Source of the DNA: Podarcis liolepis
Lineage: Eukaryota
Strand: one strand, 5' to 3'
Length of the DNA: 64,000 nucleotides
NCBI GenBank assembly: GCA_965112155.1
Contig: OZ218099.1
Shown here: positions 48,754-62,414 of the stretch, piece by piece
Position numbering within the stretch: position 1 is the first letter of the stretch
How the letters are laid out: every line of letters starts with the position of its first letter
Position numbers and translations under genes: made by a program
Notes under the pieces: model-generated
Databases searched by the model: none
What the model was told of the DNA's origin: nothing
What the model saw: only the letters and a program-made list of their open reading frames with translations

Positions 48754-49563
48754 GTAAGTCCATGAACAACTGCTGTTCTGCACACACATTACAAATCATG
48801 ATATCATTGTGAGTTCCTCCTCTGATCTTACAATAGTCATGTCATTAGACTGCTTTCAATGAGTAGTTTTTCATGCAAGTGAGATGGTAGCTGATAGGCA
48901 AGACTGCCAACAGTGCAAAAATTGCTGCATTGCTAGCCTTTGTATCTCCCTTGGCCAGGCTGCAATTGTTAGTTTGTATGTCATGAACCTCTCTGATTCT
49001 TAGCCAGGAGACTAGGGTTTGTTGCTGCAATTGCTAGACATCTTGGAAACCTAGAGAGAATAATAAACTTCATGAGTAAAGAGGGAACCGCAGTATAGAA
49101 AGATAGATGCATTTTATTTAAAGGTGTAATTGAATTTGAAGCTACATTTGTATGTGTTTATGCGCCTCACACGGCCGAAAGCAGTTTTTCATGAATCTAA
49201 TTAAGGTTTGGGATACATTTGTTGCAGGCAGCATACATATAGGAAGAAGACTTTAATGAGGTATTGAGCCCAAGATTAGACAGATCAACAAACACAGGAC
49301 ATGCTAATAATATCCCAGTTATCTTTTAAAAATTGTTGGCTGGGTATTTGGTGATATTATCACCCTAACAAAAGGGACTGCACTTATTATTCTAGCGTTC
49401 ATAGGTCTTTTTAATACACTTTTGTAATATCATTTTTCAAGTCTGTTGTAAAAGCAGAAATAGATACGATGTTTAATCCTGATCATGCACCATTAACTCT
49501 TTATTGGGAATTTAAAGAGAGATCATCACCTATTTGACGGCTACATTACCTTTTTAAAGAGAA

Positions 49564-49728
49564 TTTCCGTGCGCTGCTCTGGTTTGCCAGAAGCAGCTTA
49601 GTCATGCTGGCCACATGACACGGAAGCTGGACGTCGGCTCCCTCCTCCAATAAAACGAGATGAGTGCCGCAACCCCAGAGTCGGCCACTACTGGACCTAA
49701 TGGTCAGGGGTCCCTTTACCTTTACTTT
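49564..49728 (+). mobile_element. Sauria SINE 3' half
   Basis: Colinear with 10564-10730. Confidence 0.88.
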
Positions 49729-50181
49729 TAGTCTTCACTGCAGAGTAGGTGGCTGGAGTGGTGGTGAGATTCTAATCCCATTGTTATGGATGGATCATGG
49801 ATCAAGTCCCCCCAATGTCCGTATTCATGAAACAAAAATGGTATGAGTAAGCAAGAACAGCATTTGTTTTACAAACAAGAGATTCATTTTGTATCCAGTG
49901 GTGCTCACTTTACACAGAAAGGCAATCAAAGAGAAATGCAAAAAGCAAGAGCGCTCAGTGAACAAGTACTGAAGCGTCTTCAGCTCTGTGCATGCTCAGA
50001 ACAGACGAATGATTGTGATATAAGTTAAAGCTACCCACACGGGGCTGTGTCTGAAGCAGTTTTGACTCCTTCCATATCTGCTATAGTGGCTGTGCCATAT
50101 AGTTCTCATAACAATAGATGAAGTAGAAGCCTTCAAAGTGGGTTGTCTGATCAGGCACGCCAATCAATCACACGGTTTTGT

Positions 50182-50409
50182 TCATGAGTAGGCAAACTAG
50201 GGGCCGGATCTGGCCCAATCACCTTCTAAATCTGACCCATGGACGGTCGAGGAATCAGCATGTTTTTACATGAGCAGAATGTGTGCTTTTATTTAAAATG
50301 CATCTCTGGGTTATTTGTGGGGCGTAGGAACTCGTTCATATATTTTTTCAAAATATAGTCTGAAGGACAGTGGACTGTCCCCCTGCTGAAAAAGTTTGCT
50401 GACCGCTGG
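50182..50409. mobile_element. hAT-Charlie-like non-autonomous element
   Basis: Degenerate termini ...TAGGCAAACT / AGTTTGCTGACCGCTG and GGCCC-type subterminal motifs. Confidence 0.6.
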
Positions 50410-53400
50410 TTTTGTTGCTTAGAGATCCATGGGAGGGACCTCTTTGCCATATCTGTATTCGGGTTTAGGATTGGCTGAGTGATGCAGAAAGCTGATTGGC
50501 CAGAGAACAGGAGATTGACAGAAATGCCTCTAAGTCCAAGGAGGCATAAAATTTGTGGCAAACAGGAAAGTGTGTGTGGATTTGAGATTTGGGGGAGAAA
50601 ATGTTTTAAAACTCCTTGACATACTCAGTGGGAGGGCTGTGCCCCAGTAGCCCTAATGAACCAGCCTTCACTGTCCTTATCACACCATTTTTATCCTGGC
50701 CATATAAAATCTTTGTAGGCTCTGGCTTCCTTGCTGGAAATGGTGATCTCATTAAGTGGTATTAGGAATGAAAATGTAATTCCTTCTCAGGTCACTGATC
50801 CAGGGCTGAGCACTCAACTTTCACTCTGTGTAGTGTGTAAATATATCATGCTGATCTCATCCTGTCTCTTTGAAAACCTGACAACTGTCTTTCCTGAAGT
50901 TGTAAGATAATGAAACCTTAGTACACAAGCCAGGCTTTGCCTCTGAGTGCTTGGTGAAGATGAGAAAGGTGAGAACAGTTTGGGCACAATGTAGGGAGAA
51001 ACCTGTTCATTAGTTTAATTCCTGTTCAGGGCCAGTGGAAGATAAGCTGCCCCCAGGTAAAATTTAATGACTATGGCAATGCCTTACTGACTATTCAGTG
51101 CATATGATTTTCAGTGAATTTTTTCGAGAGAAGAAGGAAAATAAGAGCTTAGTGATCTTATTGAAAAGTCAGAGCTGTTGTCATCCAGGGCAGTATCTGT
51201 TTATGCAGGGCAGCAGTGGGTTCAGATTCTTACCAGCACCTAATATCTTCCTGTTATTGTCTGAGCACACACAAGCTTTGCGAATTCCATGCTCATTGGA
51301 GCAAATGGTGATCTTATTAAGTGGTATTATGAGTTTGAAGAGCAATCCTTTCTTAGCTTGGAAACAGAGTTATTTGCTGTTAACAACTCTCTCATTGGCC
51401 TTAACTGAAGCAAATGAACTCGCCTCCCCACCCCTGTTTTGCAGACTCCATCCACTTGGACTCAAGAGCACAGATAGCATTTCCTGGCTCATTACAAGGC
51501 AGTGGTGCCAAAGGTGTTTCTGGAAGCACCCTTGAGCTTTCATGCCAAACTCTTTGTGTTAGGCAGACAGATCCTAATTAGTATTTTGTACTGTTAACAG
51601 GCATGCATCTGTTTTTTTGTTTCTGCTACTTACAGGATTACATTACACTGTAGCCTTCTCCCTCTACTTAGTGTGGTTAATTCTCTTTGTGGCACAATGA
51701 ACTTCGCAAATCAGAGATCAGAATCTCTTTATAATGGAGCAATAAATTTGAGGGAGCCGATTCACCATAGTAAACTATGATTTTTAAAATCTGACACACA
51801 GTATGCCTGGCACAGGAGTTGGCTTGCTGTGCTCAGTGGTTTCATTCAGGCTGGCAGACATTAGTCTGTTCTGCTTCAGGTGTATGCTAAATTAAGATGA
51901 CCATTGAAGATCATCTTGGGGACCTGCATTTTTCAGTGGTAGTGAACACAGTCCCTTTGTTTTGAAGACAGACACCTACTGAAACATCAGGCCAACAATA
52001 TGGCATAAGAAATATTTGAAATCACCTAGGGCTTCAGAATACAAGTGTGATAAAGTCAGCAGCTCCAGACAGCTGGGGTAGAATCTGTTAGCCTTTTGGG
52101 CATGGTCTGGAAACTGATGTAGCAAACTCCTTGTCATAACAAATAAGAGGAAGAAGGGCACTGGGACACATTACCTGAAGTGGAGCAAGCTCCAGATAAA
52201 AGCTCCTCTCAACGCAGATGCCTGGATCCATATTGACTCCTCTAGGGATCCCTCTTCATGCGTTCATTTAAAAAAGATTTTCAAAATGCTGATCTTGTTT
52301 TCATACTAAAATGCATTCTAGCCTCAGTAATTCTGCCACTCTGGCAAGTGTGTTAATAGAATTATTTAAAATAAGCCTAGCTATGGCCCTGTTATATTGC
52401 TGTTAGCTAAAGTAGTATGTGCGAAAGCTTGCAGACAATGCAAGCAATGTGTTAGAAGCCAGAAGGAGTGGTTGCATAAGATTACCAGCGGTCAAACGCT
52501 AAATCAATGCCTTACCTTGCTCCATTACTAGCAGAAGCAGATCTGTGTATAAGAAGCAAATGTGTCATTCAGCTATATATACGTAATATAATTTGTGTCA
52601 CTTCATAAAACCGAAATAATGTTATGTAAGTTGGCTCTTCTTAGCACAGAAAATGGTGTCAAGATCTTAAAGAGTTTCAGATAAGCTAATGTAGCTTTTT
52701 GCTCAGAGATGATCCCAAGGCAGCAGTGATGAATGTATTACTGGATCACAGAATTCAATAAATAGTTGTGTTTCACCTCATGCAGGTAGGTTTGCATTAA
52801 AATACAAACTGAACACATTTATTAACATGCCTAGTTAATTATTAAATAATCTGACCATAAACATTAATAAAGGAAATAACTTGTACTTAATATTCATTAA
52901 AAAGTTCTTCTAGCACTTCTCTGTTAATCTATTTCCCACTTTATTAATTATTGTTCATTTTATTAAAAGAATTTCTAACCTACTGTTCATTGAGTAATCA
53001 ATGAAGTCCTTTTGCTCTTTGTCTTTCCAGCTGCTTTACCACACATCCAGATTAATTCACTCATCCTTATTGTATAGTGCTTGTCCTCCAAAATAACTTC
53101 ATTGTCCTCCAAATTTGTTTCCTTTTGGTTGAATCCCATTGTCAGCTCCAATGCCCACAAATGGCCATAGTTAAGAATCCCAAATATCTAGTCCACCAAT
53201 TCATTCAGTGTGTGCTTGTTACTGCTAAAACTTATTTAAATGGTCTCTTACCTCTCTAACTTCCCTGTTGCTCTTCTACTCCTTCAGTTCAACTTTCCCT
53301 CCCATCTCTGCAACTGCCTTGGGAAGCTAAGTGAGGTACCTGAACCTTTCTATTGGACCTTGATGGGGTTGTGTGTGTGTGTGTGCGCACACACGCGCAG

Positions 53401-54339
53401 TTATTTTAAGCTAATATGGCCCAGACAATAGGACAGAGTCTTGGTTGGATTGCTGGATATTATCTGGTCTCAGAGCCAAGATGTCCCAATTATGAATCTG
53501 CTCCCAGATGAACCTGACCACATGGCTGGTCTAAACTAGCTCCAGTGTTGCCTCTTTGTGTGTACACATGTGCATGACAAACAGCCATGGGGGCTGCATG
53601 CAGCCTCAGAAAACTTGGTTTGGGGTATCATCTGCTCCCAGGAATATCTGTGAATGAATGATTGCACGGGAGTTTTCTATTCATTGCCTGTGCTATCATC
53701 CACCAACCTGAGCCGATTGCATTTTTAGACTGGATAGAACAACTTTTGATCAGATCTTAATAAAGCCACTCTTAAGACCTGGAACACATAAAGGTGAAGT
53801 TGTGTTTTGCCTATATTGAGCTTGGTCTTTTGTGCTTGTCTATAATTCTGTTTCATTTCTGCTTCATAAGCTGGAGGGAACTACTTATGCAGTGTGATAT
53901 TATTCCTTTTTGCCAGACAACAGCACTATTTTTCTTTTTCTTATGAAGGTTGTATATTCTTGCTGGTAGTGTGTTTTTCCCAAAATTAATGCTTAAAGGG
54001 CTTTCATTAAAAAAGAAGGCTGTGTTCCCATTGTCAAAGAAGGAAGGTCGGGAAGTAATGTGTGTAGGTTCCAATGGTGTAGACAGATTTGGCAATAAGA
54101 TATACTGTTGCTTACTGTAACAACAAATGTTACATAGAAATTATTGCCAAATTGCTCTCTGTGTAGATTTCTCAGTGGGTAGTTGGATAACAATACTTCC
54201 TGTATGACTGGGGATTTATGTATTTACAAAAAATATATATATACTATTTTTTAGCCTTCAAGCGGCCTTCTAAACCTGTGAACAGGAAATTTTTAGCCCC
54301 ACCACTTATTTAAAAAGCAGCCTCAAGAGAGGAAGATAT

Positions 54340-54395
<56 letters not shown>

Positions 54396-54396
54396 C
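54340..54396. repeat. (AAC)19 microsatellite inside an old minus-strand L2 3' region (~54225-54690)
   Basis: Read directly; the flank at 54480-54670 resembles the L2 C-terminal region at 4660-4820. Confidence 0.95.
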
Positions 54397-57300
54397 TCCC
54401 ACAGCTTGTTGGGATAAAAATAACCACCAACCTCCCTACAAACCAGTAAAGATGGGGACAAGTAAATCTGTCTCAGAGTTTCATAACCGCAGTGCTGCCA
54501 CTGAAGAAGCTCTGTCTCCTATCACTGCAAGACATGTCTCTCTCAACAGAACAAGCAATAGGGCTTCCGATGATGGCCGCAGGTGACAAGTGAGCTATTA
54601 TGGGTGGAAGCAGTTCTTGAGATATCCTAGCCCCAAACCATTTAGGGCTTTGTAGGTAAAACCAGTAGCTTCAAATGCACCTGGAAAGCAGTGGATCTTG
54701 CCTCTGTGCAGTTTTAACTTAACAACAATCCTCTGTCTGAGGCTTCATGTTAATTTTGTGATGAACTGACATGCTGAAAAATAGCTGACAGGCAGTAGCT
54801 TATATTAGTTCTTTTACAACCCCTTCCTTTCAAAAATCATATTGAGAGGGCAGAGTATGATCTGTTGCTCATCCTGTTTTTTGTGTAAACGACATGCCGC
54901 CTAGATCTAGATAAATGTAGTTATCTGAAACATACTTTTCAGGTTGCCACCATCACACAAATCCTTCTTTGATGTTCAGAGCAACTTCAGATATACATAA
55001 TGATAGGATATCATGGCACATACTTTTCTGATCTTCACAACAAATACAATGGATAGGTCATCTTACACACTGGTGGCAAAGCTGTAGCTTTCCAGATGTG
55101 GTTGAGCTGCAACTCACAGCAACCCCAGTCAGTTTATGACCAGGAGTTATGGTTCAGCAACATTGGGGGGGGGCATAGTTTAGCCACCCTTGACCTAGAG
55201 CCCGGCATGCAGTGCCTCATTTTTTCCATCCAGCATTGTAGAATGTTTAATTGGTTAATCAATTAGTTTGTACTGCATGTGTTGAGAAGCATATATTAAG
55301 GGCTAGAGATAGTGGGAAAAACACAACAGTGTGGAGAAAATCATCATTAAACATTGACTTTGTTAGCAGCTAAGGCATTTAATTGCAACTTGTTACAGTA
55401 TGAGACTCCTAGCAGGCTGCAGAGCCAATGCTGAAGAGTTTACCCAGCTAGCCCTCAGTCAGGAGCAGGTTTTGTTCGGTTTGTTACAGATGCTATATCT
55501 GCTATTATTGAATGTTGTTATATTTTAATAATTATGCCTTCTGCAAATTCCCCAGAGTGCTTGCTTTCAGTTTCTCAGTCTAGTTTTCTTTCAGTGGTGC
55601 CCTGAAATTTACTCATTTCAGGAAAATTAGCATGTTAGTCCTTTGTGCAGTCTTCTTCCATGGACTGTCACAAACATTTCGGAAAGGTAGTGCCTGGATT
55701 TCTGCTCTTCTAACTGATAAGACCCCACAGAAGATGGAGGCTGAAATCTTTTGCCCACTTACTTGGGAGTAAGTCCCTTTGAACAATTGTAGGTATATTT
55801 ATTCAAAGGTAGGTGCATCTAGGTCCTATAGCAACACTGCAGAAAAACTGACAATAAAACGGGAGAGTTCTGCTTTGCACATCTATGCATGTTCTTTCTT
55901 TTCACCCTTTGAACTCTCATTCAATTGCTTTCCAATACAGAGGCTTTAAATTTTGGAAAGTTATTTTTAAGAAAATGGTTGTGTCGATACAGCATGCCTT
56001 GCTTCACTAGTGGATAGATTAGGAAATCAATACTAGTGGCAGATTCCCTACATACACACAACTGGAAAAAATGCTCAGATTAAGTGGTGCCTCTGATGGA
56101 GAAGTAGCATGTGGAATGGTTTTCAAAAGAAGCCCTTTCTGCAGCACGGTTCCCATTATTTGTACACATTTAACAATTTATATAATCTGTTGATAAATGT
56201 TTTAGACAGTAGTGGTTTCCTGAACTTGGGATAAGAATGAAAATTGGGTATTATAACCCAATTTTGCATGGTGGTTCCTGACATCAAGAGGTTTTTGTCT
56301 TTATGGATACAGTTGAACACCATTTTGAAATAAGATGGTAGAATAAACCTTTCAGGACTGTCCTGATTTTAACCACTGGTTTCAAAACTGTACTGATTTT
56401 TTGTTTTCTTAGAATTCCCAAGCAACACTGAGTGTGATGCTTCTAGGTTTGAACTTTGGATAGTCACTTAATGATGTGTTCATTTCCCCTGATCTTGAGA
56501 AGATCCAGTGGTTTTATTTAAAGCATATGATGCGTTAGTTTGCTACACAAGTGAAAGAAACTAGTTCTACATTTCCAGAGAGCCTCTCTCTAGTGTTGCT
56601 CAATCTTTACTTAGAAGAAATACCTAAAATGCATGTGATTTTCTTCTGTGGTGGTTCATCTGTTACCATTTGCCTTCTCTAAGATGAGCAATTAGCCAAA
56701 ACAAAACAAAAGAACCCTCTTTTTCTGAACTGCTGCATAGATTCATAATTCCATACAGTAGTATGGCTGTCCTGCTGCTGTTTTTAAATTAAAATGTAAA
56801 TTCGTCCGGAGATTCCATCTCTGAACTAGTTTTGTTCCCACTCCTAAAATTTGACAATTGCTAATTGGGAAAGGGGGCTGGGGGAATACTTCAATTTTTT
56901 AGGGCCATGGCTTGTACAGAGGTTTAAAAACTCTTGCTATTTCCAGTCTCCTGCAGTGAGATTAGTATGTCAGCATCCTTCCACTCTAGACAGGCACTCT
57001 TCTTCTGATAAAAGGCTGAGCTTACTGTGACAGTTTACGATAGGCTCATTCAGACTTCTTGTTCTTCCGAGTCTGTTTTACACACTGTACAGGTAGGATG
57101 GGTAAAATTCTGAGCCACAAGCCATTTCATGTTTGTTTTAAGGGTATTCAAGTGACGTCCTTATCTCACCAACTTCGTATGTGTGCATTTTCTTTGTTTC
57201 TTTTGAGGGAGGACAAGAACAGCTGATAAATAATGCACTTAGAAGGGAGAAGAAAATATATTTACAACGACAAAGTTGAAATACCATGTTTCTCCACAAT

Positions 57301-58904
57301 CTCATCTCTTTGTGAAACATCTGCTGAAGAACTAGTTTTCAGCATCCTCTGTTGGGGGTGAGGGGTGAGGTAAACTGGTGCCATTTTGAGTCTTAGTCCC
57401 TTGTTAGTTTTAGATAAAAAATCAAGAATGGTGTAGAGTGCTGTATCTGGCTGTTTAAGATCTTGCTAGATAAAATGAGTGTTTAAGAAGAGCGTTTTCC
57501 CCCCAGACTGGAAGAGAAAGTTGTGCCATTTGCACGGTTATGTTTTAGCTGTGGCATTCAGAGCAACTGTTTATTTCAATTTTGTGCTACATCCAGGGTA
57601 AAAAGGAGGAGTAACCCAACATGCCATAATATCTGTAGTGGAGTATTTTGTTACCCAGGCAGTTCTAGGAAATTGTGGTGGTGCTTCACTAGACCCACCA
57701 AATTCGAGAAGTTTTCTTGTTATGTAAGATTTACATCTTGTTCATGACATGCCCAAGTTCTGTCCAAATATACATTGGCAGAGCTGGTGCTATAATGAGG
57801 CACATTGAAACCATTGTCTCAGGCAGCAGGCAAATGTGGTTAGGTTAACAAGCATGGACTGTTGCTCCCATGCCTCATTGTTGCTCCACTCTCATATTTC
57901 TCCACTCTCATTATTGCTGTCTTTGCCACTACCATTCACCCAGCTGCATACTGAGCCTCTCCAACACCCACACCCCCCTCCTCTCTTGCTCTAGCACCTG
58001 AGGAAAGGCCCAAGGAGCCTTTCTCAGAGCAAGGCATTGTGAAGTGTACTTATAAAAATACCTCTAAGCGGTAGCCAGAAAACTAAAGCAACAACAATGC
58101 GGCAGGGCACCTGCACTGCCATAGCTCAAAATGGTGCATAAATGTAGGAAAAGGTTTAAAGTTATGCTGTTTAAAGTAACTTTCACCTTGTTCCTTGTTC
58201 TTAAGCTTAAAAAACATTTCTAGCTGCTACAGTAGTGTGGGCCCTTTCCCAGTACTTACACATCTTTACCACCTAAATGCACAGTATTCTGTCATACTCA
58301 GTTTGAGGGATAAGATATCATCCTTTTTCTCATGGGGCGACATAAGTGAATTTCATAAAGTACATTTAGTTGAAATTGAGCAGCGTAGCAAGTACATAGT
58401 TAGGCTAGTGCCTCCAAATTGTGGAGTTTTGCTGTCTACTGGATGAGAATAAATTAGGCAAAACAGCATTCCCATTTTGCTGACTAGGTGCCTGCAGTCT
58501 TTTTTTATAAGACTATAATGCCTCCCTATATCTTGCTTGGTCTTCCCTATCTCCTTACAGGCTGACCCTCCACATTGCTCCTGTGTCCTCTTTTGGGGAC
58601 ACTTTTTTCCAGAGCCTGCTCACATTCTGAACTTCTTTGTCATTTCTGTTGAGTTCTTGTTCCTAAGAGTGATATATTAATGATGTATTTCAGACATTGC
58701 AGTTCTTATAGTTTGTTATTCTTGCCACTGTTGTGTACTGGAATATGTAATAAATTTTATGAAAGCTTGCATAGAATGAAGCCTATGGCTCAAATAAATG
58801 TGAAGAAGAAGACGGTGCCACCTGCAGGAGAATTGTTAAATAACTTAAAACAAAAAACATAATCATGCATCAAATTAAGTGAACTCTAATCCTTGAAAGT
58901 TGCA

Positions 58905-58945
58905 CCGTAATGAATTTGTTAGTCTTTAAGGTGCCACAAGACTAT
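58905..58945 (+). mobile_element. Penelope-like terminal fragment (second copy at ~60765-60795)
   Basis: Both carry TGTTAGTC(T/C)TTAA(G/A)GTGCCACAAGA, a motif I recall from reptile Penelope-like elements. Confidence 0.5.
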
Positions 58946-59208
58946 TGTTTTTCCTGTTCCTTCTGGAAACTTTAAAAAAGTTGATCAAAGACATGATTAC
59001 TTGAAATTAAGGGGAACTGAAATCAATGTGGCTTACAATATACTTCTTTTCTAATCTTGGTGTGTTAGACTAATACTAGTGTTTCAGTATTGTCCATCAT
59101 TTACCCTCAGTTTGCTTTTCTCTTGAATCTTACCTCAGAACCTCTCAGTGCCAGTGTTTACTGGGTCTCTAGGCCATCACCCTAACATTTTACAAGCCTT
59201 TGCTTATA

Positions 59209-59450
59209 CAGTGGTACCTTGGGTTACATACGCTTCAGGTTACCTACGCTTCAGGTTACAGACTCCGCTAACCTAGAAATAGTACCTTGGGTTAAGAACT
59301 TTGCTTCAGGATGAGAACAGAAATCATGCTCCGGCGGCACGGCGGCAGCAGGAAGCCCCATTAGCTAAAGTGGTGCTTTAGGTTAAGAACAGTTTCAGGT
59401 TAAGAACGGACCTCTGGAACGAATTAAGTACTTAACCCGAGGTACTACTG
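59209..59450 (+). mobile_element. Tigger-like MITE, family C
   Basis: TIRs CAGTGGTACCTTGGGTTA / TAACCCGAGGTACTACTG, TA TSD; near-identical to 63770-64000. Confidence 0.92.
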
Positions 59451-60823
59451 TACTAAGGGATCTTGACAACAACTGTCTAGGAGCATGTGCAACTGTGAGA
59501 AGAAGAATCTGCCCCTGAAGCCTCTCCCACCTTCAGAGGGACTGCAATATCCTCTCCTCTTCCTCCTCCTGTTTTCCTCCTGGTGCTTCCTCCTCCTAAG
59601 AGTCTATCCTGATACTTTTTCGATGAGGAACAAAGCAAGAGGCATGTACTGCAAGAGGGTGATTCATTATCATTATGCGCTGGCGTATTGATTCTCCGCT
59701 TTGGGAGGAAAGTTCTGTCACGCCATCAGCTAGGACTGATGGATAGCTCTGCCAGAAATGTGTCAAAACTCTTGACACAGTGCTTGCTTAAACAAATAGT
59801 TCTAAGTGGATTGAGGGAAGGAATGGACTTATGGGCACCTCCTATTCTGTCAAGATGGTGGGGCAGAATTTCATGCTCTCATCTGCTCTGCATTACTTGG
59901 AGAAGTGAAAACTGAAAGTGTCATTCATGCCTTCTAGTGGCATTTGATCAGTGTTGCTCAAGGCTTTGAGCTTAAAGAATGTATGGCTCTGGGGAAGGTA
60001 GAATAACTGAGTTGCTGGGAAATGGGAGACCTCAATTTACACCTCCTGTTCTGTGTATATCTCCTGTTGCATGCAATTAGAGAGCTGTTCTGGCCAAGAA
60101 TTTCCAGAGTAGTAGTCTTTTATTACTCTGTTGCAGCAGAACCAACTAAGAGCTTTGTGACACATGGAAAGAGTTAGAGGTACTTATACACATGGTGATG
60201 GTGGGAAGTGAGGATGGAGGGAAATAAATAGTAATGATTATGGACAGGATTCTTCTTTTCCTCCTTTCATGCAACTCCCAAAATTGGCTCTGTGGGGGTT
60301 GAGAGAACCCTCAGAACAGCACATATGGGGGAGAAGTAGTGGTATCTGGCAAACTGTAATGCTTGCATATACAGAAAGATCGTAAAAGCAGGATGTTGAA
60401 TTCTACTGTGTTTAATTAACTGTAGACCTTAACATATCACAATATAAAATCTTTGCTTTTGTCAGCAAGTTAAATATCCTTTATCTTGATTCAGTCCATA
60501 GGTGAATTATAGCATATTAATAGATTTATTATGAATTGAATTGAGACAAATGATTTTTATCACAGTACATGTATTAAGGCTTAGTAGTGTCAATATGTTT
60601 ATGTTATCAATAACTGGTTTGTGGATGTTCATAGTAAATTATGTAATTATCACTGTCCTTTTCTGCATTTCATTTCCCTCTGACCTCAATGTCGGTAATT
60701 CCCTCACCAACCACGTGTGGAAGTCAGGATAACACTTGATGATGTGAACTGTAGTCTGGACCAAATGTGTTAGTCCTTAAAGTGCCACAAGATCCTTTTC
60801 CGTTTCTGTCTGAGAGTGTATAT

Positions 60824-60870
60824 AAAAAGGTAAAGGTAAAGGACCCCTGACAGTTAAGTCCAGTTGCAGA
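60824..60870 (-). mobile_element. Sauria SINE 3' tip
   Basis: Reverse complement of CTGGACTTAACTGTCAGGGGTCCTTTACCTTTACCTTT. Confidence 0.8.
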
Positions 60871-62114
60871 TACAGTCATATAAAATTGCTCTTGACTTTG
60901 TTGCCTTGCAGATACCTAGCATAGTTATCCACAGTTGCTGAAACGTTGCTTGATGTGCTTGACCAATAATGCTTAGAATTGAAAGTCAGCATTGAAACAA
61001 TTAGATAGCGTCACATTGCCCAGAATAACTGCTGGTTTCCAGATCAGCAGAACAAGAGCCAACACATTTTAGCTCCGCAAGTAACATGAACATTACTTTT
61101 ATGAAAATGGAACATAATTGTATAGGAATGCCATTTGATATTTAGGTATAGTTTTGAATGAGGTTTCACAAACCAGGACAGATAACCCAAAAGTATAAAC
61201 ATCCTCCAATAATTGTCAGCATAAGAACAAACAATTAGCCTGAAGGCAGAATGATCTAGTAGTGACCAGTGCAAGACCCCATAGAAAAACTAAACGTTTC
61301 AGTCCTTGATGTTGTTGAGTTCTTCTTGGTGGTCTGAAGCCTCTGTTGGCCTACACTTGCTTTATGTGTGACAGGAGTACTCATTCCGAAAAACTTCACA
61401 CTTTCTGTCAAACAATACCTGATGAGCTTGGGAAGGCTAAACTAACTTTTCCGTGTTCCCAGTGGAGATCCGTGTCCTTATCTTTCTGCCACAAATGGAA
61501 TTTTTAATATCCCCAGGCTTCCAGGCTTTCCCTAAGTACCAATGTTTAGATATAGGCTCATACATATTCATTCCACATCTGGCCAGAAGAACAGTTCCCT
61601 GTAGCAGAGTTGTCCACTTCTCTAAAATCAACATCTTCTGGGTCAAGTTGGGCAGACAGCATTTGTTTTCCTCACAGCAGGTCTTTCAAGAGGGAGTCTC
61701 ATCACTCTTGAGTTCCCCTTCAGATTTTCTCTTTGTTCTAGGAGAGGGGCAAGGAAGAAAAAGTCATTATGTGCCTTCCTTGCTGCTCTCATGTGTTACA
61801 AGCCTGGTCATATTGCGCAGGCAAATCTTCTTTTAGAACATGCTTTTAGAGCACCTTGAGCAGGAAACCTTGGCTTTCTTTTCCTGACTACTACCTTAGA
61901 CTGTGACTTCTTTGTAGCTCCTTTTTAAAAAAACAACTACATGAAGACATCATATTTAATAATAGTATGTGTCGGGCCTTTCCCTGACTCTGAGGTGGGC
62001 TGCAGATGGGCTTTGTCTCAGGCATCAGATCAAGGATAGTAGGGTCTGAGGCAAATGAGTTTGAGCCAGGCAGAAAGAAGAATTCCAAGGGTTGAAGGGC
62101 CAAAGGCAAACATA

Positions 62115-62414
62115 GGATGTCACATAGAGGAGGGAGAAAGGTTGTTTTCTGCTGCTCCAGAGAAGCGGACACGGAGCAATGGATCCAAACTACAAGAAAG
62201 AAGATTCCACCTAAACATTAGGAAGAACTTCCTGACAGTAAGAGCTGTTCGACAGTGGAATTTGCTGCCAAGGAGTGTGGTGGAGTCTCCTTCTTTGGAG
62301 GTCTTTAAGCAGAGGCTTGACAACCATATGTCAGGAGTGCTCTGATGGTGTTTCCTGCTTGGCAGGGGGTTGGACTCGATGGCCCTTGTGGTCTCTTCCA
62401 ACTCTATGATTCTA
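62115..62414 (+). mobile_element. Young CR1 LINE 3' end
   Basis: Open frame RTRSNGSKLQERRFHLNIRKNFLTVRAVRQWNLLP...FKQRLD; ends in CTCTATGATTCTA. Confidence 0.93.
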
